A stretch of 62,499 nucleotides of DNA, counting the filler, from Globobulimina sp. (lineage: Eukaryota): the NCBI GenBank assembly GCA_003354225.1. It is 20 parts of 20 records of this genome, joined end to end, with 100 filler letters (N's around TTAATTAATTAA, not from the genome) between each part and the next. Parts side by side here need not be neighbours in the genome. Positions count along the whole stretch, not along the records: positions 9,397 to 12,427 come from PIVH01003952.1; positions 12,528 to 15,558 come from PIVH01003953.1; positions 15,659 to 18,689 come from PIVH01003954.1; positions 18,790 to 21,820 come from PIVH01003955.1; 16 more parts are not named here. One strand, written 5' to 3'. The notes beneath the pieces were generated by a model that was not told the origin of the DNA, searched no databases, and was given only the letters and a program-made list of their open reading frames with translations. This document shows, piece by piece, positions 11,366-21,920 of this stretch (its first letter is position 1; each line of letters starts with the position of its first letter). The position numbers were made by a program, and so were the translations under genes.

Positions 11366-12427
11366 TCATCTGTATGCAATTGATAATGGTGGACTTGGTT
11401 CTGACGGTGCACCATCATCAAATAACACATATCCACGTCCAATATCTTCATCTAACATTTCCAGCACTGATGTTAAAAACATATATTCCTCCAATCGCTT
11501 CGCTTTTTTCCCTTTAAATATTTTTTCCCACCATTTTGGTTCAGCTGTATCAGCATCACCGACCCATTGATCCGGATGCAATCGCTCATCCCTTATTTTA
11601 CGCTTTAATGCTCGACGAACTCTCTTCAACTCAGTGACTGAGCTCTCTGCATTCAATTTGTATTCAATATATACTTTTTGTTTATGTGATTTTCGATCAA
11701 ATACCTTAAAATAATGAAAAATAAAAGCCAATAATAATCCGGCACCCGCAGCTGGAAGAATAGCCCACCAACCAATGGCAAGCGATGATACACCAATTAC
11801 TGTACAAACTATTGCCGTAATCCAACTTCGACCACAATCTCTCGTCAGATCACACCATAAATATGTTGGATCCTTAAGCAATACACAACAAATATTAAAC
11901 GTAAGCAAATCACAGAACTAAATCACAAAACTAAACTCGATACCATTTAACAAGTCTACGCCCTGATAAAATCAACTCCAAACCAATTGCAATCCCAAAC
12001 CCCGCACCCATGCCTCTTGCTGCAGCTTTAGCAGTATTTTCCACTATTTCGGTACCGAGTGTCTTGCCGGTTTGGATTGCTACATCGTCCACAGTATTGG
12101 CTGCAACCTTCGCAGTAACTTTAGCAACGGATTTGAATGCACTTATCATTCCATTTACAACTGCGGAGTTTCCCGCTTCTTTGGCCGTATTCCATATATG
12201 AAATCCCTGCAATTGAGACATATTGGCCCCTTTATATAATCCTGTTTTTATCCATGTCGAAAATTCTTCACAATTAACACCGAATGCATTGTATACATTG
12301 GGATCACCCATTAATGTTTTTGCTTTTTCAATACGTTGTTCAATGGCTTTAATTGAGGATGCTTGCTCAAAATGGCAAGAACCACTTCGTCGAAATGTTT
12401 CATAATATTTAGGTGTATTATAATATA
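11366..12427 (-). CDS. LRAT/NlpC-P60-like domain + Gly/Ala-rich TM segments + degenerate C-terminal J-domain (intron 11936-11873; 5'-truncated)
   Basis: YNAFGVNCEEFSTWIKTG resembles the LRAT NCEHF motif. Membrane segments GAGFGIAIG and IGVSSLAIG follow. ELKRVRRALKRKIRDERLHPDQW carries an HPD. The splice joins KWYR to DPTY. Confidence 0.6.
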
Positions 12428-12527
12428 NNNNNNNNNNNNNNNNNNNNNNNNNNNNNNNNNNNNNNNNNNNNTTAATTAATTAANNNNNNNNNNNNNNNNN
12501 NNNNNNNNNNNNNNNNNNNNNNNNNNN

Positions 12528-12914
12528 AAAAAGTAAATACGTTAATGATAAAAAGCAATGTGATATTGTTTCAAGTCCATAATAAATAAATGATTTTTGT
12601 TTGCTTGAAATATGTTGATAATGAAATGCAAATAAATTACTTTTTGCATCAATATTATTTGATGATGTACCAATTGTAGAAATATTTGATGATTTTGATT
12701 CAATTTTTTGTTTACTGATATCTGTTTTAGATCTTTTTATTTTGTTTGTAATAATAACTTTGAGATTTGATGGTTGTTGAACATAAAATGCTGCCCAAAA
12801 TACTCTATATTGAGGATTATAATAAATATAACATACACTACAACATAACAAATATATCAATTCAACCAATAACATTGATAAAACCACGATATAAATAGTA
12901 TAATAATAAGTCAT
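12528..12914 (-). CDS. Membrane protein N-terminus, truncated
   Basis: Hydrophobic N-terminal helix. The frame is open to the contig edge. Confidence 0.45.
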
Positions 12915-13446
12915 GGCAGTGATATACAGGATATGAAGACGAAAAATACTGTATATAAATATAGTAACTATTCAGTATTGCGAATTCAATTGTATACAGT
13001 ATTTATGTTAATTATTACACTTAATCGTCACTGTGTATATTTCGTCTGTCTGTTCTCAGTAATGTAAGGTTCAAGTAAACGATGAGTTTTACTTTTAAGA
13101 GATAAACTTGGTGGGATTACAACACATAATTAGCATCTGATGAATGCTAAAAAAAACATTTTCTTCAAACTACTAGTAATACAAAAAACAATTCTTTTCA
13201 AACCTCAAAAACTTTTATTCCTAACAATCCACCTTTTTCCGTCCTTTTTTTTTACGGAAAAATAGTAAATCTCATCAATCAGGTATGACATCAATTGTAT
13301 AGTATAGTGTATATTCGTTGTGACATCAGGTTATCATAATTTACGTCAAAAAAAATATTAACAAAATTAAAGAAAGAAACTTTTCTTCTACATCGATCGA
13401 AATCAAATCGTGTGAAATAGCAAGTCGTGATTGGTGAGCTAGAAAA

Positions 13447-15558
13447 ATGAGGAGCTTATTAACGTTATTACTATTAGTAATATATAGAGTGGAATCGCAG
13501 ACAAATATATTAGATTCATTCCAATGTTTTAGTGATCCAAAAGTAATAAAATATGAAAATGACGCAGAAAGCAGCGTGACTGATTTACCGCAGGTTCGCG
13601 TGATGATGTGCGGCTATTCATCGCAGTGCGCATTAAATATGGTGGCTTACTTATTTATGAAGGAGAAATTAGGAATGAATGTGACCTTTTACCCCACCGA
13701 TGATTATGCCTCGGTGTGGAGTGGCGCATATTGGGATGGTTGGAATGGCTCAATGGCATATCCTCGGAATTACTTCGAGTGGTTATCCAATGATAAAATG
13801 GATTTGAATTTTGAATTCTGGCCGACGCAGTTAGTCAAAACCGCCTATGATGGTACAGTCTTATTTGACGGTAAAACAGATTATGTATTAAACGGAAAAA
13901 TTGATTTTGGTGGTTTTGTAGGTGCCTATGGCGAAGAATCTATCTGGTTACCAAAATATTGGGTTGATGCCAATCCAAAATCTATCGTTCCATTTGAGGT
14001 GAAAGACGATGCCGTATTTCGAGAAGCATTAATTAATAGTTCAGCTGGTATTGGTGGGGGAACTGATTACATTGCAATGTATAATTCGTCCTCGCCATCC
14101 TTTGATAGTCCAGATTATACAAAACCGACTGTTTGGGGTTCATCGCCATCCTATTTTATGAGTGAATATGCAAATGATTTAATCGATAACGTGATTGATG
14201 GCGGTATGGATTTAAATTTCGTAACCACCGGCGGCGAATCCGCATTATTGACATTGGTTCAAGACTTATATTCAAAGAAACTACCATTTTTAGCCAATAT
14301 TTATACCATTGATGACAATTTTGGTGTAATTACCAATTCCACCACCGGTGAATTACAACAATTTGAAAAATTAGCATTTCCGAGAAATCCAGATCAATCC
14401 GCCTATGATCCATGCTTTTTAGCAAAAAAGTGTCAATATCATATTGGTCCCATTATGAAAGCTGCAAATCCTTTATTAAAATTACGGTATCCAGAGGCAT
14501 ATGATTTTTTTGCTGGATTTACAATGGGTACAAGACAGTTAAATAAAGTCGTCTCAAATTATTTAGAAATTGATGATTCTTCATTAGATGCCACAGGAAA
14601 ATGGTTACAAGCCGCCTGTGATTGGTTGAAAGCAACAGATGAAGCTGCCATATCGACATGGAATCAGTCCGCATGGTTAGTCGACGTAAAACGGTATGAT
14701 TGCTTAAACGGATGTGGTTTTACCATGAATGGTATTGAAAATATTGGTGGCCAATGTAATTATTATACGGGAGAATGTGAATGCGATCTCGATGAATTAT
14801 TTCCAGACACAGATTGTAAAGAGTCCTGTCCAGGTTTGGTTGGTCCCGATGCTGAGGATTATTCATTTCAATATTGTTCAGGACACGGTGCCTGCGATAC
14901 GATTACCAGACAATGTGAATGTGATTTGGCGTATGGCGATGAAGGCTGTTCGACCCAATATGAAAAATATAAATTATCCATTGGATTACAAGTGATTGTA
15001 ATATTTTTATCGGTGATATTGGCAATAGTATGTATCGCATGTATAGTGTGGTTGCGTATGAACAAAACGTACAAAACTGTCAAAGCATTATCCGTAGATA
15101 TGACGACGATAATGACCATCGGTTTATTAATGACTGTATGCAGTAACATTGCGATTGCGCAGCAAGTCAGTTGGTTATCATGTATATCATGGCAGATTTT
15201 ATTCGGATTAGGAGGTATTTTAGCGATTTTATCGCCATTATTGAAAGCATATCGTGTATCGCGTGTGTTCCATGGAGGTAAAATGTTGCGTGCAGTAAAA
15301 ATTACGGATAAAATGTTAATGGCTATGTTAATTAAATGTGCTGCCATTGAAATATTGATTGTTTGCGGTTATTCTGTATTACATCAATTATTTGGTGGTA
15401 CAGTAAAATTTTACAACGATGAAGAATTACGAATTGAAGATCAATGTAATGATAATTCGACGACAAGGTATATCGCAATGGGTTCGTACGCATATTTCTT
15501 TATTATGTTATGTGCATTGACCAAATATTCGTATGGTACAAGAAGAGCATTATCTGTT
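13447..15558 (+). CDS. Class C (GABA-B-like, 7tm_3) GPCR with glycine-betaine-binding (OpuAC-like) ectodomain and EGF-like repeats, 3'-truncated
   Basis: Signal peptide. ALNMVAYLFMKEKLGMNV...DLNFEFWP...GEESIWLPKY...YPEAYDFFAGF...AACDWLK resembles OpuAC/ProX. EGF-like CSGHGACDTITRQCECDLAYGDEGC. TM3 end LLKAYRVSRVF resembles GABA-B KTWRVYRIF. Confidence 0.75.
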
Positions 15559-15658
15559 NNNNNNNNNNNNNNNNNNNNNNNNNNNNNNNNNNNNNNNNNN
15601 NNTTAATTAATTAANNNNNNNNNNNNNNNNNNNNNNNNNNNNNNNNNNNNNNNNNNNN

Positions 15659-15872
15659 TGTCATAAGTGATGATACACAACGTTGATAAACATGACACAA
15701 AGCAAGTAATTGCTAATATTTTACTGACATCATTATAATATAAAAAATTGACTACTGCTGATATAGACCCAGTGGTCAATATTATCAATATTCTACGCAA
15801 ATAATACCATTTAGACACAGGTTTGATTGCAATTGCACCATTTGCCTGCAACGCATCTGTTCTCTTATCCAT
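15659..15872 (-). CDS. Membrane protein N-terminus, truncated
   Basis: ATG at 15872, two hydrophobic segments, frame open to the contig edge. Confidence 0.4.
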
Positions 15873-15944
15873 ACGAAAAGTACTGCAAAATGTAAGTTGA
15901 GTGGTTGAGCAAAGTTTTGTATATTATTCGAACTTATAAAAAGC

Positions 15945-17489
15945 ATGGCTACCCCTGTCATATGTGGATCGATAGCATTTACCATAAACAGGTTGATTTA
16001 TACTGTAAATGATAAGCTACAGCAAGGATATGCTATTATTCAAAATGAGAAATTACAAATATTGAGTGATGGAAATATCTCATCAACGTTTAATTTAAAA
16101 GATTTAATATTAGTAAGCACAAAAAATCTTGACAATATATCTGAATTTGAATATGGATTACATGCATTATTTCAAAGTACATACTTTGATTTTCCGCAAA
16201 ATTGTGTAGAAGTTGATTTATATACAAATGACGAATCATTACATAACGCATTTTATCATTGTTTCATAAATTATCCAGACCAAGACAATAATGATGGATT
16301 TGATGATAAACAAGAATCACAACCATTGGTAGAAGTTAAATATACGCACAGAGCTCAATTTATGTTCTCTATATGTAATACATACTTTATAGGGTAAAAG
16401 AGTAGAAGTTGCATTGTATGAAATGTCGTGCGAAGGATTATGTGGTGGTAAATACTGTGCAGAGCAATTATATTTTTGTGTGCATGAAAATTGTAAGAAT
16501 TATCAAGAGAAAATATTATGCGATGAATGCGGTGTATATAGTCATAAGAAGAGATCCCATCCTTTTTATACAGATAAGGAATATATTTGTTGCGTTCAAG
16601 ATTTAATGGATCCGGATGATAAACAATTTAAAGTTACGTACTCACTCAAATTCTATTGAAATTGTGTACTTTTGTTACTTATGTGGTGTGTTATGTGTAT
16701 ATACAAATTAAGTCGGGTAAATTAGACGGAGAATTATTGCAAAGAGGCATCAAATCAGTACAACAAATATTGTTCTATCAAAGATGGTATGTGGGTCCGG
16801 CATCATATTCATTGGGTATGAATGGCGGTTCAGGTGCAAGTTTTTTAATAGTTGCTTCTACAGAAGGAAGCAAAGTAGTACCCTCAGTAGTGGGTGTCGC
16901 AGCAATTGGTGCGGGTATAGGGACATTTATTGGTACTGCAATTGAATGGGCGTATATTGGTAGTCAACTTTATAACGGAAGAATATCTAAAGAAGAAGCA
17001 ATTAAATTAGGTGTCACAGCTTTTGTTGCCAATGGTGTATCTGCGGGAACTTATTTTGGTGTTATGGCTCTTGGAGCAGCGGCTGGAACACCTCTGGGAC
17101 CGATTGGGTCGGTAATTGGAGCAATTATTGGTGCGATAGTAATTGGACTCGGTACAAGATATGCTGTTAACAAATTATGTGAAAAATATTTCAAAAATAA
17201 ACATTTAGAAAGAGCGGAATTTCTAAAAGAAGCCTTGAAGTATTTCTTTGATAATGAACAATTTGATATTGAGGATGGAAGTAAGTTTAATGAGAAAATA
17301 TTGAAACGAAGGTATCATAGATTGGCAGTGATTTATCATCCAGACAGAAAAGATGGTGATCATAGTGAATGGTTGAAGTTATCTGCATATTATGGGATAT
17401 TAACAGCAGTTATTGAGCTACAAATAGAAACTGGACAAGAAATGGAAATGGTTGAGGGGATAATGGGTGGTATGCAATCTATTCAGTAA
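15945..17489 (+). CDS. B-box-like Zn finger + glycine-zipper TM region + C-terminal J-domain protein (introns ~16335-16392 and ~16633-16712)
   Basis: CVHENC...LCDECGVYSHKKRSH. GxxxG-rich helices (GAGIGTFIG; GPIGSVIGAIIGAIVIG). J-domain ILKRRYHRLAVIYHPDRKDGDHSEWLKLSAYYGIL. The GT-AG introns join three ORFs in frame. Confidence 0.75.
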
Positions 17490-17873
17490 TAATTATTAAT
17501 AAATGTTAGTATTTAGAATTTAGAATGTTTGTTGAACAAAATTTTGAAATGTTTTTATATGCTTTTTGTTTTTGTTTGAAAAGCAGTTTAGTTGTGATAT
17601 ACCGAGAAAGGAGTATCATTTTTTTTTTACATTTATTTATTTAATTAATTATGTTTATTATCATAAAATTTCTGAAAACGCCTCGGAGATGTATCTTATG
17701 TCTCGGAGATATATTTTTTGATTTGCTGTCTATGTCGCATTATGTCCAACTTTTTCAAATTGGTGCTAATTTGGGCAATTTATGTCCGAGTTAAAATATA
17801 TCACAAAATGGACAGAAAATTCTTGGGTTGAAATTTTGATGTTTAGTTTGTGTGTTTCAACTAGAAAGTAACA

Positions 17874-18689
17874 TGGCTTGTAAACCACGCAGCAGAAGTA
17901 ATGGTGGAGCATACAATGTAACACAACACAACAAATTGCCAATTCCGACTCCTTTCATCATATCAAGCAAAATATTTGTTGACGACTATGATCAACAGTA
18001 TTATCAAAATTTGTATACAGCAATAACTGCATCAAATATACCACAAAAATTAGCTGTTCCTGCAGAAATCGTAAAAAATATCGCTGAGTTTTCCGCGGGA
18101 TTTCATACCAATTGTGACCATTTCAAGTACTGTGGAAATAAAATACTCAAATTAGATGATGCAACAAAATTAATGAAAGAAGAAATCGATAATCAGGATT
18201 GGGATCAAATATGGTCGGATAATATGGGATCTATGCCATTTCTTAATGAATTAGCAACAAAATTAGTTTCAAAATATGGATATCTGTATGTATCAATGTT
18301 TGGGTCTGCTTTCAAATATTTTTGCAAGGAATGCGTTCGAAAGTATGAGTTGGATGAATGTTGTGTATGTCAGGAAGTTACAATAGATAATGAGTTAGGA
18401 CGTTGTGATTGTGGATGGGATTTGTGTTATTGTGATAATTGTAAAGGTAATGAGTCATGTTATTGTAAATTGTATCAAGAACCAAAATGTGATGCAAATG
18501 ATATACGGAGGAGAGACATAGCACAACAAAAGGAATGTTATCAGTTGTTTGAGTGCAACGTATGTAGTGTGGATTATGTTTTTTGTTCAATGGGAAAGTC
18601 ATTGGATGATGTTGTGAAGAATGCAATTCATGTAAGGATAGGATAGGATATGCATAGAATGTCAAGAACAAGTAAATTGTGATGGTTGC
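17874..18689 (+). CDS. Cys-rich hypothetical protein, probably 3'-truncated
   Basis: ORF of about 257 codons with many CxxC pairs. A possible splice donor (gtaagg) lies near 18632. Confidence 0.55.
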
Positions 18690-18962
18690 NNNNNNNNNNN
18701 NNNNNNNNNNNNNNNNNNNNNNNNNNNNNNNNNTTAATTAATTAANNNNNNNNNNNNNNNNNNNNNNNNNNNNNNNNNNNNNNNNNNNNAACGAGAGAGT
18801 AGAGGCGATAGACTGAGGACTATTTATTAATCCACGCTGCTGGCAAGCAATCCTCTTCGACTTAAGTAGACTTTAAAAGTAACGGTTTTGAAAATCGCTA
18901 GTTGGACATTCTAATTCCTCACATTTCTTAGTCTTCTCGTAATAAGTCATCACCTAATTAAG

Positions 18963-20145
18963 ATGTATGAATTTATGAATGTGGCTAATGTATATCCCGC
19001 ACAAAAAACAAATAAGTCGTATCGAGCAATTAAACATGGATTTGTTCAAACAATAATTCATTTGGCAATTTTAGTGATTGCAATAATCGTAATGACAGTG
19101 TATTATTCACAATTAACTGAAACCAAACGCGAATCACTTCATGTAGATAGAACCCAAAATGACTGGATACCATACGAAACATATCATGATTTATGGCAAA
19201 AACTTAAATATGAGAGCATATTATCCTGTGATTGTTCGCGTGCGCAAATAAATTGGCAGGCAATAACTGATTCTGTTGATGTTAACGACGATTATGTTTG
19301 TAGTGCTGTATATACTGCATATAATTCTTGCTACTTTGATGGAATTTGTCGAAATGGGGACGTTGGGAAAATTTTATTTTATTATTTAGCTACATTATGT
19401 GAGGAGGCAAAGTATGTATATCCTTATGGTAAACCCCCATATTCTCTCACGAGTGGAAAAGTATACACCATCGACGAATTATATTCGATTTCTGATGAAC
19501 TTGGTATACATATACGTGTCGTACATACAGTATATGTTTATATTATTTGTTTTAACAGCTCGTGATTGGCAGTTTGAAATAAGTAATCCGATCAAAACAA
19601 CATTTATAATGACATATCCGTTGATGAATACTGAAACAGCTTTCTTTTACGATTGGGCAATAAGCACTGCCTTTGAGGACTTAGAGAATGCTACATATTG
19701 GACGGACGTATGGGGACTACAGAATTCGTCGTTTGGAATGGCCAGTGCTTTTGGTGATGTTGATTACGAAGTTTTAAGCTACGAGACAATTGCTCAAGCC
19801 ATTGAGGGTGCTTTTATTGATTATATCAGTATAAATTATCGATATTCAAATTTTTCAGATGCCACAGTCTGGGTTTCATGGGGATATTTTGAGAAATGCG
19901 GACCGTATCAATGTGTTTGGTTTACAACACAAAAAAAAACATTTATCGAAATGATTGTGATTATGTTTGGTTTATTGGGTGGTATCCATGCCGCATTGTT
20001 TGTTGTTGTAGGAATTGGGCATACAATTTATAGAAAAGCATTTCGTGTTAAATTTGATCATGATGAGCCAGAATCTGGAAAGGAAGAAACGGATAAAATA
20101 CAATTGACTGCTCATCAGGAATTAGAAAGTATTACTAAACTATAA
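18963..20145 (+). CDS. Two-TM protein with large Cys-rich extracellular loop (intron 19504-19558)
   Basis: TM1 IIHLAILVIAIIVMTVYY. Loop contains LSCDCS and YFEKCGPYQCVW. TM2 MIVIMFGLLGGIHAALFVVVG. The splice joins DEL to ARDW. Confidence 0.7.
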
Positions 20146-20588
20146 AATAATTTGACAATATACTAGATTAATTTTTCCGTTACTAGAATCAGATTGTTTT
20201 CTTAAAGTTCTGAAGAATTTCTTGATGTTAACTTCAGCAACGTGAATTTCTGATGTTAATGTATATAATGGCATCTATATGCGCTGCGCGCATCCGTTTT
20301 ATAAATATCGTTTCCCGCATCCATTTTATTTAAACTTTCCCGCAATAAATATCGTTTCCCGCAATAGTGCGACAATTTTTTTTTTTAATCGATTCTTTTT
20401 TTTATTGCGGTGTTTATTTGAAAGTTAATAAGATTTTTAAGGTGAAGAAGGGTCCCTTGTTGCAATCACCAAATTCCCGAAGAGTAGACTGTGAGTAATC
20501 CATTGATATTTTAGACTGGGAGCTACCAATCAATTTATATTAAATAAATAAATAAAACACAAAACACAAAAGCTTTCAGCTGTCATTA

Positions 20589-21740
20589 TTATTCTTGAAT
20601 CTCGACAATATTTTCTTGCAGCGGTAGATGTTGCAGATATTTATATTGCAATGCCACCTTATTTTTATTTAAATCATGAAAGAATAAACTACTACGCTTT
20701 TGTCCTTTTGGTATGCCATGTAAGAGTGTCACTGCATTATCCACAGAACCTGCAATTTCTATGAATTCCTTAAACCCCAACGATGTTTTTTTATTTGTTA
20801 CCATATAGGTTTGTACTTTATAAAAATGGCGAGATTCTTCTTGTTGATCAATAACAGCTTTAACTGTTTCTATCCTTTCTTCAAACCATTGATGTGGCGG
20901 TTTCACACAACATTGAACCAGCCACAAAGGTATACCACCCACGATATTATACGCATTCTGCATCTCTTGTTTTGTAAGTTGTTGCTTTCTGCCATAAAAA
21001 TGTCGCATTCTGTTTACAAATAATTGGCCTGATCGCGACTCAAGAAATCGACACGATTCATAGAGGTTCATTTCATCCATTTGTAAACGAGTTATATTGT
21101 TGAATTTCGAGGATGTCACAAATGCAGCAAATACAGGATCTGATGAAATAATAACTAATGTTAATAAATTGTCATCAATCAGTCCACGAACACTTGAATG
21201 TATTTCAATAAATTCTTTTTTTGTCAAATGATCCGCATCATCGATAGTTAATATCCATGGCCGTCCAGTATTTGTTTTTTCTAATTTACAAAATGATGAC
21301 AAACGATTTAAACTCAACTTTAATTGTTGTTCATCACTTCTTTTCGGCGTTGCACATAACGCCAATGGGAAATAAATATGTTTCCATAGATTTGTCCACG
21401 AATAATCAGTAAAATCAAAATGTAAACGTTTGGATAATGTTTTATGAAAAGGTTCAAACGAAAGAGCAGTTATTCTTAATATGCCATTTTCTATCGTACT
21501 ACAAACGTGACGCATTAATGTTGATTTTCCGATGTATGGTTTGCCGTAAATAAATATCAATTTTCCATCTCGCGATTCCAATTTGTTACGTAGTTCATTC
21601 TCTAGTTTTTTTCTCGAGAAATAAAACGGAAATACGCAGACACGCGGAGATGTTTTGAATGCTTGACGAGTGTTGTTATATTTATCTGTAAATGTATCGT
21701 GATATAATGCACATGCGATAGGAATGCCATATCCGACCAC
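20589..21740 (-). CDS. P-loop AAA+/archaeal-type ATPase domain protein (N-terminus uncertain)
   Basis: FSRKKLENEL, Walker A IFIYGKPYIGKST, Walker B ILTIDDAD, and a GGIPLWL (GxP) motif. Confidence 0.75.
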   Translation of the reverse strand: MVGYGIPIACALYHDTFTDKYNNTRQAFKTSPRVCVFPFYFSRKKLENELRNKLESRDGKLIFIYGKPYIGKSTLMRHVCSTIENGILRITALSFEPFHKTLSKRLHFDFTDYSWTNLWKHIYFPLALCATPKRSDEQQLKLSLNRLSSFCKLEKTNTGRPWILTIDDADHLTKKEFIEIHSSVRGLIDDNLLTLVIISSDPVFAAFVTSSKFNNITRLQMDEMNLYESCRFLESRSGQLFVNRMRHFYGRKQQLTKQEMQNAYNIVGGIPLWLVQCCVKPPHQWFEERIETVKAVIDQQEESRHFYKVQTYMVTNKKTSLGFKEFIEIAGSVDNAVTLLHGIPKGQKRSSLFFHDLNKNKVALQYKYLQHLPLQENIVEIQE

Positions 21741-21920
21741 AGCATAACTAGCTCTGTTTTAATATTATTATTATTAACTGGTTTGATAACAAACAACAAC
21801 ACAAATTAAAACATACAGAANNNNNNNNNNNNNNNNNNNNNNNNNNNNNNNNNNNNNNNNNNNNTTAATTAATTAANNNNNNNNNNNNNNNNNNNNNNNN
21901 NNNNNNNNNNNNNNNNNNNN

